In this document: positions 40,532 through 50,137 of the stretch, one piece after another
Layout: every line of letters starts with the position of its first letter
How positions within the stretch are numbered: position 1 is the stretch's first letter
NCBI GenBank assembly: GCA_014803765.1
Contig: JAAVBC010000010.1
Coordinates: 26,451 to 90,450, forward strand
DNA from: Bacteroides sp.
GTDB lineage: Bacteria; Bacteroidota; Bacteroidia; Bacteroidales; Muribaculaceae
Direction: 5' to 3'
DNA length: 64,000 nucleotides
Notes under the pieces: model-generated
The model's input: the letters and a program-made list of their open reading frames with translations, nothing else
Told to the model about the DNA's origin: nothing
Databases searched by the model: none
Position numbers and translations under genes: made by a program

Positions 40532-41902
40532 ATGAAGGAAATCACTGACGAAAATATCGAACATCTCGAACATCTCATAGACGACCGCGACGAGGCGGCG
40601 GCAAAACGCGAAATACGCGAACTCCACCCCGCCGATATAGCGGAAATCTTCGATTCGCTCAACCTCAAAGAGGCGGAATGGCTCTTTAACCTTATTGATG
40701 AAGAGAAGAAGGCTGACGTCCTGATGGAACTGGATGAGGAGGATCGTAAGAAACTCCTCGAAGGGATGGATCCCGAACAGATCGGTCATTATATCGATCT
40801 TCTCGATACTGACGATGCCGTCGACCTGATTCAGGAACTCGATGAGGAAGACCGCAATGAGGTCATCCAGCATATCGATGACATGGAGCAGGCAGGCGAT
40901 ATCGTCGATCTCCTCCAGTATGACGAGGACACCGCCGGCGGCTTGATGGGCACTGAATATATCGAGGTCAATGAAAATATGTCGATGCCGGAGTGTATCA
41001 AGGAGATGCGCCGCCAGGCAGAGGATCTGGATGATATTTATTATGTCTATGTCGTCGATAATGATAATCGCCTGAAGGGTGTGTTGCCACTGAAGAAGAT
41101 GGTGACGCATCCGAATGTCTCCAAAATCAAGCATGTGATGCAGAGTGATCCCGTAGCCGTTCGCACTGACTCGTCGATTGAGGATGTGGCTAAGGATTTC
41201 GAGAAGTACGACCTTGTCGCCATGCCGGTTATCGACAGTATCGGCAGACTCGTCGGACAAATCACGGTCGATGACGTCATGGATGAGGTCCGCGAACAGA
41301 GCGAACGCGATTACCAGTTGGCATCCGGTATCTCGAGCGACATTGATGCCGATGACTCCGTCTTCGCCCAGACAAAAGCGCGCCTCCCCTGGCTTCTGAT
41401 CGGAATCGCCGGCGGAATTTTGAATTCTTTGATTCTGACGGGGTTCGAGCAGCAGATTGCCGCTGTGACGGTGCTGGCGATATTTATCCCGCTGATCGGC
41501 GGCACGGGCGGTAACGTCGGTGTGCAGGCGTCGGCTATCGTCGTGCAGGGTCTTGCCAACGGCAAACTGGAACTCAAAAATGCCGGCAAGCAGATCGGGC
41601 GGGAGGTCATTGTCGCGCTTATGAATGCCGTGGTCATTTCGGGCGCCGTACTTGCTTACGTCCTTATTACCCAGCCGCATTATTATGCAGTGGCATTCGC
41701 AGTGGCGGCATCGCTCTTCTGCGTCGTCATATTTGCCACAGTCTTCGGCACTCTCGTCCCGCTGACTCTTGAACGCCTGAAAATCAACCCTGCCCTCGCT
41801 ACGGGTCCCTTTATTCAGATTATGAATGACGTAGTCGGGCTGCTTATCTATGTGGCTATGTCGACATGGATGCTGAAGTTAATCCCGCTCCCGACAGTCT
41901 GA
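40532..41902 (+). CDS. mgtE: Magnesium transporter MgtE
   Basis: LHPADIAE, CBS pair, ARLPWL, GGNVGVQ and NPALATGPF motifs. Confidence 0.96.
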   Translation: MKEITDENIEHLEHLIDDRDEAAAKREIRELHPADIAEIFDSLNLKEAEWLFNLIDEEKKADVLMELDEEDRKKLLEGMDPEQIGHYIDLLDTDDAVDLIQELDEEDRNEVIQHIDDMEQAGDIVDLLQYDEDTAGGLMGTEYIEVNENMSMPECIKEMRRQAEDLDDIYYVYVVDNDNRLKGVLPLKKMVTHPNVSKIKHVMQSDPVAVRTDSSIEDVAKDFEKYDLVAMPVIDSIGRLVGQITVDDVMDEVREQSERDYQLASGISSDIDADDSVFAQTKARLPWLLIGIAGGILNSLILTGFEQQIAAVTVLAIFIPLIGGTGGNVGVQASAIVVQGLANGKLELKNAGKQIGREVIVALMNAVVISGAVLAYVLITQPHYYAVAFAVAASLFCVVIFATVFGTLVPLTLERLKINPALATGPFIQIMNDVVGLLIYVAMSTWMLKLIPLPTV

Positions 41903-41935
41903 TTTTCACCCTAACCTTTTCTCCTCTCATTTAAT

Positions 41936-44617
41936 ATGGCTGAAACCCCTTTGATGAAACAATATACGGAGATGAAGAAGAAGCATCCTGATGCTATTCT
42001 TCTTTTCCGCGTCGGAGATTTTTACGAGACTTTCTCCGATGATGCCATCGCGGCAAGCGAAATCCTTGGAATTACCCTTACACGCCGGGGAAACGGTTCG
42101 GCAACCTCTGTCGAACTGGCAGGATTCCCTCACCATGCCCTCGACACTTATCTGCCGAAACTCGTCAGAGCGGGCAGGCGCGTGGCAATTTGCGAGCAGC
42201 TGGAGGATCCGAAACTGGCTAAGAAACTCGTGAAGCGCGGCATCACCGAGCTTATAACTCCGGGACTGAATCTGAATGATTCCACACTCCCTCCGCGGGA
42301 AAATAATTTCCTCGCCGCGCTCCATTTCCCAGCTGACGGAAAGAAGGCTTATCCTTTCATCGGTGTGGCATTCCTGGATCTTTCCACAGGGGAATTCCTG
42401 TGTGCCGAAGGGGGAGCTGATTTCGTCGAAAAACTCCTCGTCTCCATCGCTCCGAAGGAGATTCTGAGAATGAGAGGGACACGCCGCCAATGTGAGGAGA
42501 CTTTACTCAAGCAGGGTGCCCTCGGCAATCGTGTGCTATTCACGGAGCAGGATGATTGGATATATACCCCGGAAGCTGCCGGCGAACGCCTCCTTCGTCA
42601 ATTTTCCACTGACTCGCTCAAGGGTTTCGGCGTGGAGGATATGCACAGCGCCATAATAGCCGCCGGCTCCATTCTCCATTATCTCGATTTTACTCATCAT
42701 CATCTGACGCAGCATATCACTTCTTTAGGTCGTATTGACTCGGGCATTTATCTCCATCTGGATAAGTTTACCCTGCGCAATCTGGAGATTCTCGATCCTT
42801 CGCGCCCTGACAGCGGCGTGTCATTGATTCAGGTTCTCGACAAGACGGTCACCCCGATGGGCGCCCGACGCTTGCGCAGATGGTTTGCGTTCCCTCTTCT
42901 TGATGTCGCCGGAATCACCCGGCGTCAGGAAGGTGTGGATGCTTTTTTCCGCAATCCGACATTGCGTGATGCTCTCACAGAGACCTTCCGCAGTGTCGGC
43001 GATCTTGAGCGTCTGAGCGGCAGACTCGCTACCCGGCGTATATCGCCGCGCGAATTGCGTCAGCTCGGGCAGGCGCTGACTCTGGCAGCCCATGCGCGCC
43101 GACTCATGGAGTGTGAGGATTGCGAAACCCTCACCAAGCTGCGTGATCGAATACATGACTGCGAGGAGCAACGCAATCTGATATTATCTTCAATAGCCCC
43201 GGATCCCCCGGTCTCCCTGTCGAAAGGGAATTACATAGCGGAGGGGGTAAATGAGGAACTCGACCGCCTGCGGCATATACTGCGCCATTCCAAGGAAGCT
43301 CTCGATGAGATTCTGCAACGGGAATCTGCCGAATCGGGAATCCCTTCGCTGAAATTGGGTTTCAACAACGTACATGGCTATTATATCGAGGTTCGCAACA
43401 CGCATAAGGATAAAGTGCCGGAAGGATGGATTAGGCGTCAGACCCTCGTCGGAGCAGAGCGCTATATCACCCCCGAACTGAAGGAATACGAACAGACCAT
43501 AATGGGTGCCGGCGACAAGATAGATGCGCTTGAGAAGGAGATCTATGAGAAGATTCTCTCGGCTCTTTCAGATCATCTTACCCTGATAATGGATAACGCT
43601 GCCGTAATTTCCGAACTGGATTGCCTCCTCTCTATGGCAGCAGCGGCTGAGGAGTATAATTACGTCCGTCCGGTCGTCAATGATTCCTTGGAACTTAAGA
43701 TTGTCAATGGCAGGCATCCCGTCATCGAACGCCGGTTGCCACCGGGAGAGTCTTATATCGCCAACAGCGTAACTCTCGACTGCGATAATCAGCAGATAAT
43801 GATGCTGACGGGTCCGAACATGAGCGGTAAGTCTGCCCTGTTGCGTCAGACTGCCCTGATAACCCTTATGGCACAGACCGGAAGTTTCGTGCCGGCGGAA
43901 AGTGCTGAAATCGGTATTGTCGATAAAATAATGACCCGTGTGGGCGCTTCCGATAATATTTCTGCGGGAGAGTCAACCTTTATGGTTGAGATGAACGAAG
44001 CGGCTGCTATCCTGAATAATATGAGCTCCCGCTCGCTTATCCTTTTCGATGAATTGGGTAGAGGCACTTCTACCTATGATGGTATTTCTATCGCATGGGC
44101 TATCGTGGAGCATATTCATGAGAACGGCAGGACTCGCCCCAAGACCCTCTTTGCCACTCATTATCATGAATTGAATGAGATGGAGAAGTCTTTCCGGCGC
44201 ATTGTGAATTATAATGTGTCTGTGGAGGAGATGAATGGTAAGATAGTATTTTTGCGCAAGCTGCGCAAGGGCGGGTCGGAGCATAGCTTCGGTATTCATG
44301 TCGCCAAACTTGCGGGCATGCCCCCTTCGATTGTGAGGCGTGCGGATCAGGTGCTTAAGAATCTGGAAGCCTCCGCTGTCAGTCCGGAGTCTGCGGATAA
44401 GAAGAGCGCCGGGGCAGCCTCCCCCATCGTCAATAAGGCGGAGGTCGGCGGGATTGCGACAGGACGCGATGGCTACCAGCTTTCTCTCTTCCAGCTCGAC
44501 GACCCGCTCCTGGAGCAGATTCGCGATGCCTTGCTCAACATCAGCATCGACAATCTGACCCCTATCCAGGCGCTTACGAAGCTTCATGAGCTGCAATCTC
44601 TCCTCACGGGAAAATAA
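41936..44617 (+). CDS. mutS: DNA mismatch repair protein MutS
   Basis: TPLMKQY, FRVGDFYE, TGPNMSGKS, DELGRGTST, ATHYHEL and SFGIHVAKLAG motifs. Confidence 0.98.
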   Translation: MAETPLMKQYTEMKKKHPDAILLFRVGDFYETFSDDAIAASEILGITLTRRGNGSATSVELAGFPHHALDTYLPKLVRAGRRVAICEQLEDPKLAKKLVKRGITELITPGLNLNDSTLPPRENNFLAALHFPADGKKAYPFIGVAFLDLSTGEFLCAEGGADFVEKLLVSIAPKEILRMRGTRRQCEETLLKQGALGNRVLFTEQDDWIYTPEAAGERLLRQFSTDSLKGFGVEDMHSAIIAAGSILHYLDFTHHHLTQHITSLGRIDSGIYLHLDKFTLRNLEILDPSRPDSGVSLIQVLDKTVTPMGARRLRRWFAFPLLDVAGITRRQEGVDAFFRNPTLRDALTETFRSVGDLERLSGRLATRRISPRELRQLGQALTLAAHARRLMECEDCETLTKLRDRIHDCEEQRNLILSSIAPDPPVSLSKGNYIAEGVNEELDRLRHILRHSKEALDEILQRESAESGIPSLKLGFNNVHGYYIEVRNTHKDKVPEGWIRRQTLVGAERYITPELKEYEQTIMGAGDKIDALEKEIYEKILSALSDHLTLIMDNAAVISELDCLLSMAAAAEEYNYVRPVVNDSLELKIVNGRHPVIERRLPPGESYIANSVTLDCDNQQIMMLTGPNMSGKSALLRQTALITLMAQTGSFVPAESAEIGIVDKIMTRVGASDNISAGESTFMVEMNEAAAILNNMSSRSLILFDELGRGTSTYDGISIAWAIVEHIHENGRTRPKTLFATHYHELNEMEKSFRRIVNYNVSVEEMNGKIVFLRKLRKGGSEHSFGIHVAKLAGMPPSIVRRADQVLKNLEASAVSPESADKKSAGAASPIVNKAEVGGIATGRDGYQLSLFQLDDPLLEQIRDALLNISIDNLTPIQALTKLHELQSLLTGK

Positions 44618-44628
44618 GTAAGTAATCT

Positions 44629-45279
44629 ATGATTCTTGACCTTCATACTCATCGCCCGGCTCCCTACCCGGAGGGAATAATTTCAGTTTCACCGGAGGAG
44701 TTTCCCGATATTTCCGGCGTGCAGGCATATTCCGTCGGTTATCATCCCTGGAGTCTCCCTATTTCGGGGATTTCCGAGGAGCAGATAAGAATTTTGGAGA
44801 AGTGTGCGGAGCGTCAGGATGTCGTAGCGATAGGGGAGTGCGGGGTTGATTTGAGTCATCCGGGTGTGCCGCCGCTCGCCATACAAATGATTACACTGCG
44901 CAAGCATATCGAGGTTAGCGAGCGGGTTGAAAAACCCCTCATCTTGCATTGTGTAAAGGGTCATGATGCGATTATCGGTATGCGTCAGGAATTACAACCG
45001 CGCCAGCGCTGGATTATCCACGGTTTCCGAGGGAAACCGACTATTCTGCAGATGCTGCTGAAGGCAGGCATAGATGTCAGTTATGGGGAGCGTTTCAATC
45101 CCGACAGTGTAGCGCAGACCCCTGCCGACCGGCTCTTTGCCGAAACTGATGAATCCCATAAACCAATCCTCGAAATCATCGACACCCTCCGCGCCACCAA
45201 CCCGGTTGCCACCCCCGACCGCATAGCCCGCAACATCTTCGGCATCTTACATCAGGAAGATGATTGTAAGATTCAGTGA
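44629..45279 (+). CDS. TatD-family hydrolase
   Basis: DLHTH, HPW, AIGECG.D, LHCV, IHGF and ETD motifs. Confidence 0.92.
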   Translation: MILDLHTHRPAPYPEGIISVSPEEFPDISGVQAYSVGYHPWSLPISGISEEQIRILEKCAERQDVVAIGECGVDLSHPGVPPLAIQMITLRKHIEVSERVEKPLILHCVKGHDAIIGMRQELQPRQRWIIHGFRGKPTILQMLLKAGIDVSYGERFNPDSVAQTPADRLFAETDESHKPILEIIDTLRATNPVATPDRIARNIFGILHQEDDCKIQ

Positions 45280-45286
45280 AATTCAC

Positions 45287-45294
45287 TAAATTTG
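45287..45294 (+). promoter_or_regulatory. -7 promoter element for the XRE regulator
   Basis: TAAATTTG about 40 nt upstream of the ATG. Confidence 0.6.
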
Positions 45295-45334
45295 CAGAGT
45301 TAAGTAAGTAATGAAAACATTAAGCAGTTAAGTC

Positions 45335-45820
45335 ATGAGCAGAATCGACCTTGTCAAACTCCGTAAGAGAGCCGGCATGAGTCAGCGCGAGCTGGCTGAG
45401 TTATTGCAGGTGCGCCCCAGTTTCCTCTCAGCTATTGAAAACGGGAAGAGCAGACTTCCGGATGAGAAGATGGCGAAAATAAAGGAAATCTTCGAGATAG
45501 ACAGTTTCGACGATTATCTTATTGACGAACACGCCGGGGAGAGCATGGTCGTGCCGCCGCACACCCACTCCGATTCTGCCGATTCACTGACAATGCTCCT
45601 CAATCATTTCCACGAACTTGCCCACAGGAACAGCCATAGTTCCCATGACGAAGAAGCGACTTCGCGCATCGACTTCCTCACGAAACGCAACGACCGCCTG
45701 TCAGAGCGAGTCGATACCCTTTCAGAGCGTATCGACACCCTCCGCGAGCAAGTCGACACCCTCCGCGAAGAAAACCTCCGCCTAAAAGAACTCCTCCTCA
45801 CCCACAACATCCCCTACTGA
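45335..45820 (+). CDS. XRE-family HTH regulator with His-rich linker and C-terminal leucine-zipper coiled coil
   Basis: LRKRAGMSQRELAELLQV..SFLSAIENGK HTH; heptads LSERVDT-LSERIDT-LREQVDT-LREENLR-L. Confidence 0.88.
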   Translation: MSRIDLVKLRKRAGMSQRELAELLQVRPSFLSAIENGKSRLPDEKMAKIKEIFEIDSFDDYLIDEHAGESMVVPPHTHSDSADSLTMLLNHFHELAHRNSHSSHDEEATSRIDFLTKRNDRLSERVDTLSERIDTLREQVDTLREENLRLKELLLTHNIPY

Positions 45821-45833
45821 TCCCCTCCCCGCG

Positions 45834-45858
45834 AATGTAGGGACGCACCCGTGCGTCC
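45834..45858 (+). repeat. GTAG-type REP-like hairpin; truncated second copy at 47504-47518
   Basis: GTAG followed by GGACGCAC-CC-GTGCGTCC. AATGTAGGGACGCAC recurs at 47504. Confidence 0.7.
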
Positions 45859-45892
45859 GATTACATTGAGTTGGGATTCAATATCTTACTAT

Positions 45893-46072
45893 AGGCGATT
45901 CCGCGAGAGCGAGCAAAGCGAAGCTCAGCCCTATTCCGAGATAATTCCAAAATAACAGGAATAAATAACTGCTAAGAAAAAATTCCGCGAAAATTCAGCC
46001 AATTCCGTGACCGAAGGCATAAGGGGCGAAGCCCCTTGCCGATTCCGCGCGAACAATATTCTTTATAATTCC
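45893..46072 (+). repeat. Dispersed ~180-bp repeat family A, copy 1
   Basis: Near-identical to 47041-47222 (+) and to the reverse complements of 46791-46956 and 50936-51030. Confidence 0.9.
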
Positions 46073-46137
46073 AATTCATTAATCAAAACTATTCATTCAT
46101 AAACACACTAAATTCAAAGGCGAGTTAACAACCCGCG

Positions 46138-46214
46138 GGAGCGGGTTGCCTAACCGGGGTATCGACGCGCGAAGCTCGTTGGGGTGGAAGTATCCCTGTG
46201 AGGCAACCCGCTCC
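46138..46214. repeat. Repeat family B hairpin, copy 1
   Basis: Perfect 14-bp stem GGAGCGGGTTGCCT...AGGCAACCCGCTCC. Confidence 0.9.
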
Positions 46215-46239
46215 GGTTGGCGGATCTGCCTCTGTCTTA

Positions 46240-46410
46240 TCCGTATTCGATCCGTCAGCATCCGAGCCAAAAGATCCGTGTTGTCATAATCCAAAAACAA
46301 TCCCATAGATCTCTATTATTACCTACTTGTCGAATGAGTCCTTATGGATTTGAATGGATTTATTTACACACTGATCTTATTGCTCGGATGCTGACGGATT
46401 CCACGGATTT
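46240..46410. repeat. Repeat family C inverted pair (ATCCGT-rich arms)
   Basis: ATCCGTCAGCATCCGAGC..AAGATC.GTGT at ~46240-46282 pairs with its reverse complement at ~46366-46408. Further related arms lie at ~46455-46510 and ~47400-47446. Confidence 0.8.
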
Positions 46411-46572
46411 GTTATTTTTTTTGATGATAGCGGTAATTTCTTCGGAAGGTGATCACACTGACGCTTGGCTACGCCTGCGCCTCACTGATTTGTACGGATT
46501 CCACGGATTTTCTGACTGCCCCTTGCGTACGATAGCGCCGTCCACGGGTTAACATATGTAGTACGCGTAACA

Positions 46573-46652
46573 ACGGAGCGGGTTGCCTAACCGGAAGCCT
46601 CAACGCCAACCACCACTGAGCGTTGATACAGCAGTTAGGCAACCCGCTCCGT
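46573..46652. repeat. Repeat family B hairpin, copy 2
   Basis: Perfect 19-bp stem ACGGAGCGGGTTGCCTAAC...GTTAGGCAACCCGCTCCGT, with a different loop from copy 1. Confidence 0.9.
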
Positions 46653-46790
46653 GAAATCCATACCATAAGTAAATTAAAAATATCCGTGGCTAATAAATCA
46701 AAAAAACAATCCCACTTTCAGCAATCCACGGATATACCAATGCGCGAACCGAAATTCATTTTTATTTAAACCTTGTGTTGTTTAGTAAAG

Positions 46791-47222
46791 GGAATAATAA
46801 GGATGGTGGTTCGCGCGGAAACGGCTCGGGGCTGTCGCCCCATTGCCTTGGGTTGCGGAAATGGCGGATTTTTCGCGGAATATTTTATTGATTTTGGAAT
46901 GTATAGGAAGCGGATGGGGGCTGAGCATCGCTTCGCTCGCTGATGCGGAATCTGCCGGAGATTGTCAGATGAAAATTCGGCAGAGATTTTCCAAATCGCT
47001 TAAGGAATTTGATAGCAATATGCCATTCTTGATTTGCGGCAGGCGATTCCGCGAGAGCGAGCAAAGCGATGCTCAGCCCTATTCCGAGATAATTCCAAAA
47101 TAATCGGAGTAAATAACTCCCAAAAAATAAATTCCGCGAAAATTCCGCCATTTCCGCAACCCAAGGCAACGGGGCGACAGCCCCGAGCCGTTTCCGCGCG
47201 AACAAAAAATCCTTATAATTCC
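46791..47222. repeat. Family A copies 3 (-) and 2 (+) forming a ~430-bp inverted repeat
   Basis: 46791-46956 is the reverse complement (imperfect) of 47041-47222, with an ~85-nt spacer. Confidence 0.9.
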
Positions 47223-47563
47223 CCTTACCCAACCACACAAGATTAATGAAGAAGGAATATCATTGAGTGCAATGACTAATATAAGGATTGCTGAAAGTGG
47301 GATTGTTCTTGATTTAGGGCACACGAATTTTTTAATCCACTGATTATTATGGATTTCGATTTTTTACATTAAGATATCTTTTCCGGAAGGCTTGGATTCA
47401 CACTGACCCTGGGCTTCGCCTCGTGTATACCGGATTTCATGGATTTAGCACAAAAAGACGTCATTTCGCCATTGAGGATAATCCCTCCCTCAATAACACT
47501 GTAAATGTAGGGACGCACGGCTACTCAAAAAAAGTCATGCGCTTTATGGGATGTTTACCTAAG

Positions 47564-47610
47564 AAAAAAAGAAACTGCCCTCCGAATTTGAAATTCCCGA
47601 GGGCAGTTTT
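47564..47610 (-). terminator. Terminator for the 176aa/603aa operon
   Basis: AAACTGCCCTC...GAGGGCAGTTT hairpin preceded by an A tract on +. Confidence 0.8.
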
Positions 47611-47733
47611 ATTAATGGTAGCTAAAATGAGTATGTATTTTTTTACCCCGATAAGCGAAATTAATAATCATTCGCCTTTACGATGTAAATCTATAGCTTT
47701 TTTAATACCCATAGCAACAATTTAATTTCCGGC

Positions 47734-49545
47734 TTATTCCGCCCAGGAAGGCACGAAACTCTTATCGTTGCTAAGTACTATCACATCTCTGTCTCCACCG
47801 GCATCTTTTAGCATTAGCCATAAAACGCCATTGAAGTCAGACTCCAAATACGTATTGGCATGATTTATTTTACTATTATTATATACTTGCTGTTCAATAT
47901 TAAAGTATATAGGAGTATTATCTTGTGTACCAATATTAAATTTATCCCAGTATGCATCTGTAACTTTGAAAGTCTCCCCTGCACGAATACATTGCTCGTC
48001 GGAACAAACAAATCTAAATATACCATTCCCTAAGTTCTCAAGTTCCCACGCTTCATCACTCCCCCAAGAATTCATATCTCTTCGTAGATAAAGAGGAGTA
48101 TTCCATGTGGGTGTGGGGTTCGGTGTGGTGGTTGAGAGTATAATTTTAGAAAGATCCAGAGACACCTTTATTACATAATTGCCCACCCAGGGACATTCAA
48201 TATTAAAAAACGGAGACTCCAAAGTTACCTCAACATCAGGTGTGTCACCATAATTACATCCTAAACTTCCATCGTTAAATTGATCCCAATCTCCGCGAGC
48301 TGTAGACAATCTGAATTTACTTAGATTATTTACTTTATATACATACCATCCATCTTCCACTCTGAACCGATCCGGAGTTTCAGGATTCCATTCTCCTTTA
48401 ACAAAATCACCGGCTCCGGTGATGTAAAGGGGAGCAGCCGGTTGGGGGGTATATAAAAAGCAGGCATCTATCTCAATATTTGTGCCGGTTAAACCACCCG
48501 ACAACAGAGAAAGAATATTTCCCGTCCAGGGTTTTGACAGATCTCCTAAGTTAAAATCAGGACACACCCTTTTTAATTCACCAATAGAAATATCCACAAC
48601 CTGCCAATTTTTATTAGGGGCAGGTGCAATTGACGGATACAATGCGCCACCATCATTAAATGGTTCTCCTAAAGAGAATTTTGCTGAACGAGCACCAGCG
48701 TCGTATGTACCCCCATCTAATAGAATGATACATTGCGACTTAACAGCCGGTTCGCTATTTGAACGATAGGCAAAATGAATTCTCGTATTATCATTAATCA
48801 TTGAGAAATCCTTACCTTTCGTAAAGCTCGGTCCAATAGAGTATCCACAACCACTCCAACCTTGATTTCCTACAGTAAGTGAAAGATAATCATATCCCCC
48901 ATCTATTCCCGGAGAAGTGGGTTCATTTTCAATGTAGGTATTTTCCCAAATCCAAAAATTACAATCTTCATCCTCCTTCCAATCTAAATCTAAATATTCT
49001 ATATTTCTTTTCTTTATTTCAGTCCTAACTTTATCATCGGCTTGGATTAATATCATATTATCCAGATGGCGATTAAAAATTTCCATTGTAGACTCAGATA
49101 GCTCTCCGTATACGGGGGGATTAGAGGGGAGTGTGGCAGCGACAGAAGATGTATAGCCGCTTTCCACTCCGTTTACCACAGCTTTTACGCGATAAAAGTT
49201 AGACCCTGACAAGGGTTGGCTATCAGTATACGTTGTCTGCGTCAGCTCGGATGCAATAAGGGTAAATTCTACATTGTCCGGCGAACGATATACATTGTAG
49301 GTTGCTCCGTCTACAGCACCCCACGTGATAGTGATCTGATTTTCACCGACAGAAGCATTGATCTCTTCGGGTGCTTCAATCAGGTCATTAACTTCAATAT
49401 AGTCAATATCCGCAACATTATATTCTTGAATGACCTCGCCATTGCGGAATATCTGCAATACTTTGTCTCTCTTGGCAAATGCAAATAGTGATAGCACTGC
49501 CATTATTCCTATAAGAAAAGTTCTATTCTTGTAAAATCGTCTCAT
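47734..49545 (-). CDS. Exported multidomain protein: short N-terminal beta module, FN3 domain, CBM-like domain and SusE/F-like starch/glycan-binding repeats; no T9SS CTD
   Basis: Signal peptide. FN3 pattern ITWGAVDGATYNVYRS...YTD...YRVKAV. PLYITG..W and LYLR.DMNSW modules. AT-rich coding sequence. Confidence 0.7.
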   Translation of the reverse strand: MRRFYKNRTFLIGIMAVLSLFAFAKRDKVLQIFRNGEVIQEYNVADIDYIEVNDLIEAPEEINASVGENQITITWGAVDGATYNVYRSPDNVEFTLIASELTQTTYTDSQPLSGSNFYRVKAVVNGVESGYTSSVAATLPSNPPVYGELSESTMEIFNRHLDNMILIQADDKVRTEIKKRNIEYLDLDWKEDEDCNFWIWENTYIENEPTSPGIDGGYDYLSLTVGNQGWSGCGYSIGPSFTKGKDFSMINDNTRIHFAYRSNSEPAVKSQCIILLDGGTYDAGARSAKFSLGEPFNDGGALYPSIAPAPNKNWQVVDISIGELKRVCPDFNLGDLSKPWTGNILSLLSGGLTGTNIEIDACFLYTPQPAAPLYITGAGDFVKGEWNPETPDRFRVEDGWYVYKVNNLSKFRLSTARGDWDQFNDGSLGCNYGDTPDVEVTLESPFFNIECPWVGNYVIKVSLDLSKIILSTTTPNPTPTWNTPLYLRRDMNSWGSDEAWELENLGNGIFRFVCSDEQCIRAGETFKVTDAYWDKFNIGTQDNTPIYFNIEQQVYNNSKINHANTYLESDFNGVLWLMLKDAGGDRDVIVLSNDKSFVPSWAE

Positions 49546-49547
49546 GA

Positions 49548-50078
49548 TTACTTAATAATGAATTTCAGGTTCAAATTTGATTCGCTATTGGAAGCTACAG
49601 CTATATATACACCCTCTGCCAGCGCCTCCAAACTTAGAGTTTGTCCGCCGGAAAGTGACGATGTGGCGATCAGTACGCCCTTAAAGTCAAAAATTCCCAA
49701 AGAGAAGGGGATTGTGGAACTTGATTCTAATGTCAGCAACTTATCCTCGGAATTATAAGAAAGTTTATTTCCAATGACAGAATCCAATTCTTCCATTCCG
49801 GTAATGATAGATGGCGTACCCTCTCCAATTTCAATATGATGAAAGAGGGAATAGAGTAACGGGGTAGGATCGGACATCGAATCCTTGGAGCTTATCAGCA
49901 TTTCATTCTCTCCAAAGCTGACACGATTAGTTTGCGCAAGATCAAATAATTGGGGAATATCGGAATTACCGGTGAATATCAGACAAGGCACAGTTTCCTG
50001 AGCACCGCCCACTCCCGAACCGAACAATAACGATAATCCTGCGAGCAAACCCGAACTAAATACAGATCTTCGTCTCAT
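49548..50078 (-). CDS. Small secreted protein with T9SS type-A C-terminal domain
   Basis: Signal peptide and a short beta domain. C-terminus IFDFKGVLI...LSLEALAEGVYIAVAS...LKFIIK. Confidence 0.8.
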   Translation of the reverse strand: MRRRSVFSSGLLAGLSLLFGSGVGGAQETVPCLIFTGNSDIPQLFDLAQTNRVSFGENEMLISSKDSMSDPTPLLYSLFHHIEIGEGTPSIITGMEELDSVIGNKLSYNSEDKLLTLESSSTIPFSLGIFDFKGVLIATSSLSGGQTLSLEALAEGVYIAVASNSESNLNLKFIIK

Positions 50079-50137
50079 TAAATCAGGCAGATGCTTCGGG
50101 TTCCCCTCCTCAGCGTGTTAGGTTAACATTAAACAAG

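Noticed and set aside
44615-45312. 12-bp direct repeat TAAGTAAGTAAT flanking tatD as a target-site duplication
   Set aside because: It is a low-complexity AT-rich sequence that includes the mutS stop codon, and tatD is an ordinary gene with no mobility functions.
46957-47040. Invertible promoter between the inner A repeats
   Set aside because: There is no TAnnTTTG element in the spacer on either strand and no recombinase nearby.
46097-47725. Short ORFs in the repeat mosaic (e.g. 46217..46552, 46843..47103, 46885..47238, 47423..47725)
   Set aside because: They are translations of the inverted repeats: the same peptides appear on both strands, with no domain signatures.
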